Positions 29,288 to 38,870 of a stretch of DNA of 64,000 bases are shown here, piece by piece. This DNA comes from a virus. The stretch lies in the IMG/VR virus record IMGVR_UViG_3300008952_003529; one strand, 5' to 3'. How positions within the stretch are numbered: the stretch's first letter is position 1; each line of letters begins with the position of its first letter. Under the pieces are notes generated by a model that was not told the DNA's origin, made no database searches, and saw nothing but the letters and a program-made list of their open reading frames with translations. The position numbers and the translations under genes are program-made.

Positions 29288-29864
29288 TAATGACCCAAAG
29301 TATGACATCATATATCTTGACCCACCCTGGGATTATAAGGGCCAGCTTCAGCATTCCAAACCAGGAATGGGTGATACAGGCGGCGCTCGTAAGCATTATA
29401 GCACTCTCAAACTGAATGATCTTAAGAAGTTTCCACTTCAAAAGATTATTTCGGAAGACGGCCTTGTTTTTATGTGGGTAACGAATCCACATCTGGACCA
29501 GGGTATTGAGCTCTTAAAAAGCTGGGGGTTAAAGTATTCAACGGTTGGATTTGTCTGGAATAAGATGAGGGTTAATCCAGGCTTTTATACGATGAGTCAG
29601 TGCGAGCTGTGTATCATTGGAAAGAATGGGAAGATCCCTCGACCTCGGGGAGCCAGAAATGTTCGGCAATATCTTGAGCATATGCGAGAGCAGCACAGCA
29701 AGAAGCCAGATGAGGCCCGAGAAAGGATCGAGCAAATGTTTCCAGACCAGTCTAAGGCTGAATTATTTGCAAGGCATCAGCACCCTGGATGGGCTGCATG
29801 GGGCCATGAAGTAGAGGGCGGCTGTGTCCGTCTGGAGGAATATCTGCGTGAACTTGGATGGTAG
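29262..29864 (+). CDS. MT-A70 family amino-methyltransferase
   Basis: YDIIYLDPPW, FMWVT, WG..Y, HSKKPDE, ELFAR, GWAAWG. Start moved to ATG 29262. Confidence 0.85.
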   Translation: MSRNFLTLNNDPKYDIIYLDPPWDYKGQLQHSKPGMGDTGGARKHYSTLKLNDLKKFPLQKIISEDGLVFMWVTNPHLDQGIELLKSWGLKYSTVGFVWNKMRVNPGFYTMSQCELCIIGKNGKIPRPRGARNVRQYLEHMREQHSKKPDEARERIEQMFPDQSKAELFARHQHPGWAAWGHEVEGGCVRLEEYLRELGW

Positions 29865-30273
29865 ACCAGCATGGGACGAAATCTGGATGGATTTTGCGCA
29901 ATCTATAGCTCGCAGGAGCTATGATCCGCGTCATCAAGTGGGAGCAGTCGTAGTAACTGAAAGAAACACACAGGTGTTAGCAGTCGGCTACAACGGCAAT
30001 TATTCTGGTGGCCCTAATGAGGTGGAGTCGACAATTCCAGGCGAGTCCGGGATGATCCATGCAGAAATTAACGCTCTATTGAAGTGTGACTATAATAACG
30101 TATCTAAAAAGACAATGTACGTCACACTCAGCCCGTGTAGGATGTGTGCAAAAGCAATGGTGAATGGTGGTATTAAAGAAGTTGTTTATGATGATGAATA
30201 CAGAGATACATCTGGCCTGGATCTTCTACGAACGGCGGGAGTTGAAGTAAGGCGCCATTCAACCAAGAAATAG
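29824..30273 (+). CDS. dCMP deaminase
   Basis: RHQVGAVVV, GYNG, HAEINAL, TLSPCRMCAK zinc motifs. True start may be slightly downstream. Confidence 0.88.
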   Translation: MSVWRNICVNLDGRPAWDEIWMDFAQSIARRSYDPRHQVGAVVVTERNTQVLAVGYNGNYSGGPNEVESTIPGESGMIHAEINALLKCDYNNVSKKTMYVTLSPCRMCAKAMVNGGIKEVVYDDEYRDTSGLDLLRTAGVEVRRHSTKK

Positions 30274-30324
30274 TAGTTGCAGGGGTATATTTAGTCTTGT
30301 GATTTGTTTGATGGAGAACTGTGC

Positions 30325-31908
30325 ATGTCAAAAGGATTAGTAGAAAGTCTTGCTGAAGCTTCAATTTTAGCTGTTTACCGGGCTCATCATGACGAATTAA
30401 GTTATATTGCTTTACGAGAGGGCATTACTACTGGAATTCTTTTAAAAGAAGAATATTCGTCTGAAGATGCTAACAAGCTAGCGGACATTTCGAAAGAAAT
30501 GGAAGCAACAATTGATATGCTCGAAAAAGCCGGTGTTGCCGCAGCTGGTGATAGCAATGAAGCGGTAAAGGGCTGGAACAACGTTACAAAAGCGTTGAGG
30601 GGTGCGTTGTCAACAGTCAATCCAGCAGAGATTATCAATTTAATAAACGATCCAGACCCTAAAGCACTCCAGAAAAAAGCGACTGAACTTACCAAGGTGC
30701 TACAAAAAGTGCTTGGAGAGATAGCTGCGATTGTTGAGACAGTTGAGTCATTTAAGAAGAACTTTGGCAATGTCAAAATTCCAGACGGAGTTGATCCTGA
30801 AGGTGCCATGACGTTGCTACAACTATCTAATGCTTCATCAGGAAAAGGGGACGAACAACCTACCAAGCCGGCTTCCACCACCGAATCTTACATGTTGGCT
30901 GACCATTTATTACTTGAAGCTCCGCCACCCACCGAAGATCAAGAGCAGCCTGAGCAAGAGGGTCAACCAGCACCAGAACAGCAGGAAGCGGCAACAGGCT
31001 GGTTCCCAGATGCTGACAAGCTCAAGCAGGCAATAGAAAAAGCGTATAAAGAACCTTCCTGGTTTAAGCAAAAGTGGGCAGATGGCACCCAGGCAGCAGA
31101 GAAAGCCGTTGCTGATGAAGAAGGCGGCGGCGGATTTATGAAGAAAGCGCTTGGATTCGTGAAGGGCCTCTTCGGGGGTGGAGGAGAAACAAAGATCGTT
31201 TCTGGAGAACTTCTTGGTTCTGCAATTCTGAACACACCATATGATGCCTTTATGAAGATAGACCTCTCGGCATTAAAAGGCGATCTGGCTGATACAACTA
31301 CGGGAACAGCGGATAATACCACCCAAGCATTAGAGACGGCTGTGGAAGAGGATCCCGCACAGCCAACAGATGGGGATGAGCCGCCACCCCCCACGGAAGA
31401 AGAATCAATTGAGTCACAGAAAGCTGCCGAGACTGCCGCGAAAGAAGTCGCCGTAGCAGCCGCAAAATTAAATGACCCTCCAGGTGTCGCAGCCGGAAAA
31501 GCGATTGAGGGCTGGCGTGACGCTTTACCCCCTTCCACACAAAAATGGATCCAAGCCGCAGGTCGTTACGATGATCTAAAGGGGGGAATCGAGACAGTGT
31601 TTGCTGATCAAGCAAAGACGATGTCGGCAGCTGTTGAAACCGCAATATCAACATGGCATGAGAAAAATGCAGATGCAATTGCAAAATCAAAGCGTTTTTC
31701 TAAGAAAAGTCAAGCGGCCTTACAAAAGATGATTCCTGATATGGTCGCTTCAATTATGCAAAAAAAGCACGAGTCTACGGGACGATTTACCTACGGTACA
31801 GTTCAACGCGCAGTTTATCGTTACTGTGACAACTATTATTTTAATAATGACGTGCTAATAGAGTCCAGTAGATGGGGCAGACTAGCCGGCTTAGGAGAGG
31901 ACCGATGA
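30325..31908 (+). CDS. Large acidic hypothetical protein, possibly virion-associated
   Basis: Long ORF with Pro/Glu low-complexity segments; ends ESSRWGRLAGL. Start moved to ATG 30325. Confidence 0.7.
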   Translation: MSKGLVESLAEASILAVYRAHHDELSYIALREGITTGILLKEEYSSEDANKLADISKEMEATIDMLEKAGVAAAGDSNEAVKGWNNVTKALRGALSTVNPAEIINLINDPDPKALQKKATELTKVLQKVLGEIAAIVETVESFKKNFGNVKIPDGVDPEGAMTLLQLSNASSGKGDEQPTKPASTTESYMLADHLLLEAPPPTEDQEQPEQEGQPAPEQQEAATGWFPDADKLKQAIEKAYKEPSWFKQKWADGTQAAEKAVADEEGGGGFMKKALGFVKGLFGGGGETKIVSGELLGSAILNTPYDAFMKIDLSALKGDLADTTTGTADNTTQALETAVEEDPAQPTDGDEPPPPTEEESIESQKAAETAAKEVAVAAAKLNDPPGVAAGKAIEGWRDALPPSTQKWIQAAGRYDDLKGGIETVFADQAKTMSAAVETAISTWHEKNADAIAKSKRFSKKSQAALQKMIPDMVASIMQKKHESTGRFTYGTVQRAVYRYCDNYYFNNDVLIESSRWGRLAGLGEDR

Positions 31909-32324
31909 CAAGAGCAGATTCAAAATTTCTCTTGGAGGTACTTAGATTTGAGTATTCTCAACGATTGTCTTTCATGCTTCACGAAGCAGAAGTTTTTGAT
32001 GCGCATGGCAATATTGTTATTAAGCCTGATTTGAAGGTTCGTCACAAAGCGTCAGGATACGAGTACACAGTGGACAGAGTGGAGGGAGACTCTCCAGGGA
32101 ATATTCAAATTATTTTACGCGACCCGGAAGAACCCCGTTTTGAAGCTCCGCCACCCAGTGAAGAAGTTTTGGATGAGGTCCCCGCGGTGCTAGCTGAAGA
32201 TGATTTACCGGTTATGTCTGTTGGGAATGTAGACATAATCTCTAAACTCGATGATGAGGATCCAGAAGAAGAGTTCTTTATTGTTGATGAAAAAGATTTT
32301 AAAGACGAATACGAGGTAAAGTGA
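31905..32324 (+). CDS. Hypothetical acidic protein
   Basis: AGGAGAGG RBS and ATGA overlap at 31905. Confidence 0.7.
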   Translation: MTRADSKFLLEVLRFEYSQRLSFMLHEAEVFDAHGNIVIKPDLKVRHKASGYEYTVDRVEGDSPGNIQIILRDPEEPRFEAPPPSEEVLDEVPAVLAEDDLPVMSVGNVDIISKLDDEDPEEEFFIVDEKDFKDEYEVK

Positions 32325-32325
32325 C

Positions 32326-33033
32326 ATGTCGATCAATGATAGAGAATTAGAGAAAGTAATTCGAGAGACGCTTGGATTGAAAGATACTAAGAAAACCCTG
32401 AAAGAAGCTTACGTTCTTGAAGCAGAGAAATATAATCTTACGACTGACTTGCTAAGTCAAAAAACAAACACTGCGCACCAAGAATTATTGGATGGGTATG
32501 TAGAGACATCTAACCATATTTCTGCGAAGCTTGATACCGTTGATAAGTCAGTCGCTAATTCTAATGATTCAGCGTTTCGATCTCTTAAGTGCGAGGAAGT
32601 GTATAATTTAAACGCTTCATTTCTTCATGCGTATTATTTTGATAATATAGCTGATCCTACATCAAAAATCACAATGGATTCATTAGCCTATATGAGGTTG
32701 TCTCGCGATTTTGGTACATTTGATAATTGGCAACAAGACTTTGTTGCATGTGCAATGTCTTCTCGTGAGGGATGGGCAATCACTGTTTACAATTGTTTCT
32801 TAGACCGCTTTATGAATATCGTTGTAGATCTGCATAGTATTCATGTTCCAATGAATTGTTACCCAGTAATTGTTGTTGACATGTGGGAACATGCTTATTA
32901 TCGTGATTACCTGAACGATAAGAAAAAGTATGTTTTTGCTATGATGAAAGAATTAAATTGGGATGTTGTAGAGGCTCGAGTAAAGCGCGCAGATAAATTA
33001 TCAAAATTATTTTCAAAACCCCTCGAGGTATGA
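32326..33033 (+). CDS. Fe/Mn superoxide dismutase family protein with N-terminal leader extension
   Basis: DMWEHAYY signature, N-terminal His (TAHQELL, LHAYYF), DFGTFDNW; N-terminus DRELEKVIRETL. Confidence 0.8.
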   Translation: MSINDRELEKVIRETLGLKDTKKTLKEAYVLEAEKYNLTTDLLSQKTNTAHQELLDGYVETSNHISAKLDTVDKSVANSNDSAFRSLKCEEVYNLNASFLHAYYFDNIADPTSKITMDSLAYMRLSRDFGTFDNWQQDFVACAMSSREGWAITVYNCFLDRFMNIVVDLHSIHVPMNCYPVIVVDMWEHAYYRDYLNDKKKYVFAMMKELNWDVVEARVKRADKLSKLFSKPLEV

Positions 33034-33034
33034 C

Positions 33035-33721
33035 ATGAAAATGAAAAAAGCAGACATTAGAAATTTTTTCGAGAGAGCATACACCCATGTCTTGAGAGAG
33101 CAAGACGAAGACCCATTCGCAACTGATGACGAGGGTGGCGACGACGCCGGTGGCGAAGAGGGTGGCGATGACCCATTTGCAGACGACGCCGGTGGCGATG
33201 AGGGCGGTGGCGAAGAAGGTGGTGATGAAGAAGGCGGCGAGGGTGAAGAGGAAGAGGAAGAAGAGCCCGAAGTTGAAGTAGACGAGGAAGATGAAGTTAG
33301 ATTCGGTAAATCCTTGGATGACCAATTACAAGCAATTTTTATCGATATAGAATCCGACGCACTTAAGTCCGCAGCCATCCAGGCAGAGGGCTACTCTTTG
33401 TCTCGGTTGTTTCTGCGAGAGCAAGAAGAAGCTCCTGACGCCCCGGCGATTGATATAGACAAATTTGCAGCAGAAACAGCTCGGCTTATTAAGAATTTTG
33501 ACGCATTTTTTGACATTGAAGAGCAATTACAGGCAAAAGCAATGAGCTTTTTATTAGACAAGTATGGAGAAGAAGTTGCAGACGAGTTTGCTGAGCTTTT
33601 AACAGTACGTCACGGAATTAAAACAAACGAAGAGCAGCGTGCAGAAAGAGAAGACCTTGATATGGAACAGCCGATTGCGGTAGGCGCATCTGGCGGCGGT
33701 GGTGGTGGTGGAGCTGTATGA
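33035..33721 (+). CDS. Highly acidic Gly/Glu/Asp-rich hypothetical protein
   Basis: DPFA.DD.GG repeats and a poly-E tract; coupled to neighbours. Confidence 0.7.
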   Translation: MKMKKADIRNFFERAYTHVLREQDEDPFATDDEGGDDAGGEEGGDDPFADDAGGDEGGGEEGGDEEGGEGEEEEEEEPEVEVDEEDEVRFGKSLDDQLQAIFIDIESDALKSAAIQAEGYSLSRLFLREQEEAPDAPAIDIDKFAAETARLIKNFDAFFDIEEQLQAKAMSFLLDKYGEEVADEFAELLTVRHGIKTNEEQRAEREDLDMEQPIAVGASGGGGGGGAV

Positions 33722-33996
33722 GCGACCTGATTCGTAAGAAGTCCGTTCACTTTAATCTTCTTCGGGAGACCCATGCAGAATTTCGAGTGCTCGCGTTTAG
33801 GAAAAAGTTGTCTATGCAAGAGATCGTGGAGGGGTTAATTTCAAGATTAGCCAATGGAAACCCATCGTTAGTGAAGATTGTTGATAAGATAGCAGAGGAA
33901 AAGCAGAGCAAAGAATTGAGGAAGGTTATTGGAACCGATGCAGAGAGTGTGTTTGATGCGATAGAGCAACATGACGCACTCCGGGGGAAAAATTAA
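33718..33996 (+). CDS. Hypothetical protein (possible ribbon-helix-helix DNA-binding)
   Basis: KKSVHFNL...HAEFRVLA...SMQEIVEGLI pattern; ATGA overlap. Confidence 0.55.
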   Translation: MSDLIRKKSVHFNLLRETHAEFRVLAFRKKLSMQEIVEGLISRLANGNPSLVKIVDKIAEEKQSKELRKVIGTDAESVFDAIEQHDALRGKN

Positions 33997-34277
33997 TGTT
34001 TTGGCTTTTTAAAAGTCGCCGCGCCGAAGATGAAAAGCGGATTAAAGAGCTAGAACGAAAAGTGTATGTTATGCAACAAACTATGGAGATGGTAAAGATG
34101 AGTCTCCATAATTTGCAAAGCGCATTACTTGCGATATCTAAAACACAAGATACCATTGGACAAGACGTGTGTAACATTGGCGAAGTTATAGAAAATATCG
34201 TAAATGTCTTTGAGCTCGAGCCAAACCCACATTTAACGTTAGTACGCTTGAGTCCAGATGAGGATTTACCAAATTAA
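33996..34277 (+). CDS. Coiled-coil hypothetical protein
   Basis: TAATG overlap; heptad pattern. Confidence 0.6.
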   Translation: MFWLFKSRRAEDEKRIKELERKVYVMQQTMEMVKMSLHNLQSALLAISKTQDTIGQDVCNIGEVIENIVNVFELEPNPHLTLVRLSPDEDLPN

Positions 34278-34289
34278 AAGGAGCATAAA

Positions 34290-34505
34290 ATGAGTGAAGA
34301 AGTTGAAGTTCAGAGAACAGGTGTGATTGATAGAGTAGTTGCAAAGGCTATTTCTAGAAAGTTTTTGGTGTTTTTAACAGCCACGGGATTACTTGCCTGG
34401 TCAGATTTAGATAGCCAGACATGGGGAATGATTGCAATGATTTATATCGGAAGTCAAGCAGTCATTGACGCCGCCCTAGCATGGAAACACGGAACACTAC
34501 GATAA
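34290..34505 (+). CDS. Small two-TM membrane protein (holin-like)
   Basis: AGGAG RBS; SRKFLVFLTATGLLAW and WGMIAMIYIGSQA hydrophobic segments. Confidence 0.6.
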   Translation: MSEEVEVQRTGVIDRVVAKAISRKFLVFLTATGLLAWSDLDSQTWGMIAMIYIGSQAVIDAALAWKHGTLR

Positions 34506-34506
34506 T

Positions 34507-34887
34507 ATGTTGATTTGGCTGAAGATTAAGACTGCTATTTGTAGCTGGTGCAAGAAGTACTGGCAAATTTTAGTTGGTTTTTTTGGAGCAATAATCGCTG
34601 TCTTTGCTTTTAGCGGCGGTAATAGGGGAGCTCGAAAAATTTTAGATGCCAAGAATGAGTTACAAAGAAAAGAAGAAGAGCTTGATCGTATTCTTCGAGA
34701 AGAGGAAGACGCGGCCATAAAAGAAAATATTGAGAGGTATTTCAAGGCAGAAGATCAGGCCAAGAGCAATTTATTAGGTAAGCTTAAGGATCTAGACGAT
34801 CAGCAGCGCAATCGAGTTAAAGAGCTTTTAGAGTCCGATAATCCAGAAGCTGAGATAGCAGCGGGTCTTCGAAAGTTTTTGGATTAG
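34507..34887 (+). CDS. Membrane-anchored coiled-coil protein
   Basis: N-terminal TM WQILVGFFGAIIAVFAF followed by a charged coiled coil. Confidence 0.65.
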   Translation: MLIWLKIKTAICSWCKKYWQILVGFFGAIIAVFAFSGGNRGARKILDAKNELQRKEEELDRILREEEDAAIKENIERYFKAEDQAKSNLLGKLKDLDDQQRNRVKELLESDNPEAEIAAGLRKFLD

Positions 34888-34939
34888 ATAGTTTGTGGCT
34901 TTATGCCATATTTAAGATGTAGATTTTTGGAGTTATAAT

Positions 34940-36130
34940 ATGTCAAAGAAAACTCTCTCAGAGGTATATGGGTACTCAAGACCAAAGAAGAAGTCTAGAA
35001 AACTTTCTTCGGGCGGCTTGCGTTCTATAATTTTACGCGAAATCCGAAGTGTCATAAGAGAGCAAGACGAAGAATCCGGAGGTCCTGTCAACGTAGAGGG
35101 TATACCCGACGCGTACAAAGAGCCAAAGGGAACGGCGATGGCTGGCAAAGACAACATCGCAGCAGCCGACGCAACAGAAATCGTAGCTCAACTTGTCAGT
35201 GGCGATTCCAAGATGCCCATCTTTGCAGCTATTGGTGAATTTCATAATCCAGAATACACCGAAGGTATTCCTAAGGCCAGTACTCCAGAGGGTGCAAAAG
35301 CAATTGCTGCCTGGGCGAAAGGATTAGGTCCTGATTTTTTAAAGCAGAACATTGAAAAAGTTCAGCAAGCGTTGCCCAGTAGCGGAATGCCCAAAGACTC
35401 TATGCCCGCCCTCGAACCGTCGGATAGCGGTCATGTTAAAGACGCGTTAAGTCCTGGCGGCCAAATTAATATCGACATGGATGGTAAGATGGCCGATGGG
35501 CTGGAAGATGTTGAAGATTGGCACCAGAAGTATGGAAGCGATGCTAAGCTCGGCGGAGCTGAGAAAGAAGAAACGACCAAAGAAGGGTCTAAGCGATCTC
35601 TTGCAAACATTCTTTTTGAAGACAAGTATCCACAAGGCCATAAGGGTGGCATGCCTGGTGCTCCCGTAAAGGGAGAGAAGGACGCTGTCGATCTCGGTTC
35701 AATCAAGGATTTGGCGCTTAGTTTCTTAACAAAAGGACTCCAAACATACGATGATGAAGGCGGCGACGACACGATAGAAGTTAAGGAGAATGAGCCTATT
35801 CAAGTTGCTTCGATGATCCCCACACAGAAAAATGTCCTTTTAGGAAAAGCTCTTGCGTTTGCAATCGGCGGTGGATTCGGTGGTAAAGAGCTTGGCGCAT
35901 ATATCACTGGTGGAAATGAGATCTTAGATGGTCACCATCGATGGGCCGGAACAATGATTGTCGATCCGGGTGCCGGGATTAAGGGCCATAAGGTAATGGC
36001 ACCAGCGAAGGATATTCTTCCCGTGCTGACTACTCTCGGCAACGCGTTAGGTCGGCAACAAAAGGGTATGGAGCATGGAGAGAAAAATGAATCTCTTCAG
36101 CGCTGGCGTAAATTAGCTGGTTTACTTTAA
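34940..36130 (+). CDS. Leader-bearing protein with C-terminal ParB/Srx-like domain
   Basis: GLRSIILREIRSVIREQ near the N-terminus; PTQ and ILDGHHRW ParB-like motifs; ends NESLQRWRKLAGLL. Confidence 0.65.
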   Translation: MSKKTLSEVYGYSRPKKKSRKLSSGGLRSIILREIRSVIREQDEESGGPVNVEGIPDAYKEPKGTAMAGKDNIAAADATEIVAQLVSGDSKMPIFAAIGEFHNPEYTEGIPKASTPEGAKAIAAWAKGLGPDFLKQNIEKVQQALPSSGMPKDSMPALEPSDSGHVKDALSPGGQINIDMDGKMADGLEDVEDWHQKYGSDAKLGGAEKEETTKEGSKRSLANILFEDKYPQGHKGGMPGAPVKGEKDAVDLGSIKDLALSFLTKGLQTYDDEGGDDTIEVKENEPIQVASMIPTQKNVLLGKALAFAIGGGFGGKELGAYITGGNEILDGHHRWAGTMIVDPGAGIKGHKVMAPAKDILPVLTTLGNALGRQQKGMEHGEKNESLQRWRKLAGLL

Positions 36131-36154
36131 GCCTTCCCTCTCTACTATTTTAGT

Positions 36155-36607
36155 ATGAGAATTCTTACAAATTTATTCTGCGGATACTTCTTCGCATGGA
36201 TAATTTTATTTCCCACTATTTCCTATGCAGATGAGCCGGTCCCAATAAGCGCTGGTGATCCTGCACCACATGATGGTGTTTTATTTACGACTGAAGACGC
36301 TGCTCGACTTCTAGCAAATTTAGAAACTCAAGAAGCGACATGCCAAGCTCGAGTCAATTATGAGGTCGCGTCTGCCGTTAATCAAACGCAATTATTACTA
36401 GATAATTGTCAATCGTCCTTAGATCTTAGAACACAGATGTACGAACAAAGACTTGCTTTTCACACAGACTATAGCAACTATCTTGAAAACAGATTAACAA
36501 AACCCAAAATATCGCCAGAGCTAACACTATTTATAGGAATATTGGCTGGGGTTGGTTTAACGATTGGCGCCGGTGTCGCAATGAACCAAGCAGCAACTTC
36601 TCCGTGA
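36155..36607 (+). CDS. Exported or membrane protein with coiled coil and C-terminal TM
   Basis: Signal-like N-terminus ending SYA-DE; C-terminal LFIGILAGVGLTIGAGVAM. Confidence 0.65.
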   Translation: MRILTNLFCGYFFAWIILFPTISYADEPVPISAGDPAPHDGVLFTTEDAARLLANLETQEATCQARVNYEVASAVNQTQLLLDNCQSSLDLRTQMYEQRLAFHTDYSNYLENRLTKPKISPELTLFIGILAGVGLTIGAGVAMNQAATSP

Positions 36608-36648
36608 AAAAGCGCTGTTCTTGGTGATACTTATTGCTGAGGTATCCA

Positions 36649-37863
36649 ATGAAACGAAATTTTAGACATTTAAGAGAGCAAGCAAGGAAGCTTTTATTCG
36701 AGGATGTGTATCCCGAATACAGCAACTCTACCTGGGCTGATGGCGAACGCGCCGGTACCCAGTTTAATGAGCCAGAGACAGCTGATCCTATGGAGCCGCC
36801 AATAACACCTGAGCCACAAATGGCTGTCCAGCTATCAACGGATGAGCCACCAGTGGATGATCCTGAGTACGCTCCAATAAACAGCAAAGAATTAGCAAAA
36901 GCACTAGCCGTGCTTGCGCAGCGGTTACCTGATGATGTTGCTGAAACAACATATGATAAATTTGAGAAATTTGTAACTGATCATGAAATTGAGGGTGTTG
37001 AAATTATTGATGATGCTGGAGTGGATGATCCTGAGGAAGAGACGCTAGAAGTTGTAGAAGAAGCTCGAAAAGCAATCCGATTATCGCTACTCAAGCACCT
37101 TGCAGAGGGTAATTGGGGCGACTTTAAGCTGGGAAGGCATGACCACGATGATGATGATGACTTGGGGGAGGAAGGGTATTACTCTGAGTATACCCCCCCT
37201 GATGAAAGTGCTTCTTTTGAAGACATCGCCGATATGATACCTGGTGTGACAGGAGCTTCGGGCGCCAAGCAGTACGTAAATCGGGTGTTAAAAAAACTAC
37301 AAACCCTTGAAAAACATTTTCCTGGGGACATAGGACCTATAAGAGACCGCGCCCTCTATGCATTCACTCGTGCTAGCGTAAATCTAGACCTATTCCCTCA
37401 GGAAGAGGTTGAGGAGATTGGGTGGACCAATCCTGAGTGGGCTTCGCTTGATGCTTTCCGAATATTTCAGGATGAAGCCTTTATTCGTCCAGGTCATCAA
37501 TCGCTATTAAGAGATATGGGAAAAGAGCTCCGAAAAGAGATTCAGGACTCTGATATTGATCCCGCTGTTCATGAGATGATATTCAATCAGGCGGTTGGAA
37601 ACTCTGAGCCCTCTGCTCGCAAAATCGGTTTGAAGCTTCAAAGAAAAAATCCTGATATGTCAATGGAAGAACGAGATCTTCAAGTTTTGGATGCTGAGGC
37701 TTTGGTTGATCGTCTAGAAAAGCAATATGAGGACCTTGGCACACTTACTCCGGGATTGGCAGATAGAGCGATTGATGCGTGGGAAAGTAAGTCACAGTCA
37801 CGACAGTTGGAAATAGCAGCAAAGGCCTGGGAAGAAGCTCGTAACTATAAAATGGAGGGGTGA
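36649..37863 (+). CDS. Leader-bearing acidic hypothetical protein
   Basis: MKRNFRHLREQARKLLFED; GAGG RBS before ATG 36649. Confidence 0.7.
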   Translation: MKRNFRHLREQARKLLFEDVYPEYSNSTWADGERAGTQFNEPETADPMEPPITPEPQMAVQLSTDEPPVDDPEYAPINSKELAKALAVLAQRLPDDVAETTYDKFEKFVTDHEIEGVEIIDDAGVDDPEEETLEVVEEARKAIRLSLLKHLAEGNWGDFKLGRHDHDDDDDLGEEGYYSEYTPPDESASFEDIADMIPGVTGASGAKQYVNRVLKKLQTLEKHFPGDIGPIRDRALYAFTRASVNLDLFPQEEVEEIGWTNPEWASLDAFRIFQDEAFIRPGHQSLLRDMGKELRKEIQDSDIDPAVHEMIFNQAVGNSEPSARKIGLKLQRKNPDMSMEERDLQVLDAEALVDRLEKQYEDLGTLTPGLADRAIDAWESKSQSRQLEIAAKAWEEARNYKMEG

Positions 37864-38267
37864 TGAAGCTCAATGAGCTAATGCATAGATATTTGGGCGA
37901 GCAGGTGTCGGAAAGAGACCCGCTTCAAAATATTGTGCCTCAAGATTTAATCATGGAAAGCAATACATTGCCAGTAGAGGTTATTGAATCGAAGTGGGAG
38001 ATTAAGGGTTCACCTGAACGAATGATTCGAGTATTTCATTTTAACGACCTCACAACGCGCAATTGGTTTTTGGCAGAAGTTTTAGAAAATGAAAAATCAA
38101 ATCATCACTTTGGGAAGATTTTGGTTGAGGGTATGGATGTAAAAGTTGAAGTTCAAACTCATGATATCAATCGAGTTACAGAGCTAGACCAAGAATATGC
38201 AGCATATTGTGATGATATTTGGGGTGACGTTGAGTTTATTGGGAGGACGCAAGCATGGGAGACATAA
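37860..38267 (+). CDS. Pterin-4-alpha-carbinolamine dehydratase-like protein
   Basis: F.F....WF..V...E...HH.G.I...VKVEVQTHD..RVTELD matches the PCD pattern. Confidence 0.6.
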   Translation: MMKLNELMHRYLGEQVSERDPLQNIVPQDLIMESNTLPVEVIESKWEIKGSPERMIRVFHFNDLTTRNWFLAEVLENEKSNHHFGKILVEGMDVKVEVQTHDINRVTELDQEYAAYCDDIWGDVEFIGRTQAWET

Positions 38268-38701
38268 AAGTAACTGAGGTTTACGGTGAATCAGAAAAAA
38301 TAAACGATGGTTTAACAGCGGAGCATGTAATAGTTTCTGAAGAATTAATAGGCTTGCTTGACATTCCCGAAGAAGATGCGTCAATCGATCTTAACGAATT
38401 ATCTATAATAAGAGAAGACGACAATGAAATGCTAAACGCACTTGTGCGTGGCAATTTATTTTCTATTGCTTCTGCTCAATATTTAATAGTGAAGTTTGTC
38501 GCAAAAAGCGATTGCAAGGATATGTTACAAGTTCTAAAATCATCTACGAACCCCAGCTCCAAGGTTGTCAGAATAAATGTCTCTGGCAAATATGGGTTTG
38601 AGGCTTCGGGAAAGCAGCTTGAAGCATGGGAGCTAGCGATGCTAGAAGACCGGTCTGCGCTGTTAACCCTTACTATGAGGACTAAAGATGTCACATTTTG
38701 A
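38255..38701 (+). CDS. Hypothetical protein
   Basis: GGAGG RBS; overlaps neighbours. Confidence 0.65.
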   Translation: MGDIKVTEVYGESEKINDGLTAEHVIVSEELIGLLDIPEEDASIDLNELSIIREDDNEMLNALVRGNLFSIASAQYLIVKFVAKSDCKDMLQVLKSSTNPSSKVVRINVSGKYGFEASGKQLEAWELAMLEDRSALLTLTMRTKDVTF

Positions 38702-38870
38702 TAAGTTCATAAAAGATTTAGATAAACGCTCCCAAAAGAAGAAAGAAATTAAAAATATTTCTGAACAGGAGCAGACCTACCAGGAAAAGAGAAGGCTCCG
38801 AGTTCGACGCTTTCAAGAGCGGTGGCAAAATTCGGTTCGGTACATACCGATTCCAGGGAAGAAAAAATGA
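38688..38870 (+). CDS. Small basic hypothetical protein
   Basis: GAGG RBS; its stop overlaps the next ATG (ATGA at 38867). Confidence 0.5.
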   Translation: MSHFDKFIKDLDKRSQKKKEIKNISEQEQTYQEKRRLRVRRFQERWQNSVRYIPIPGKKK

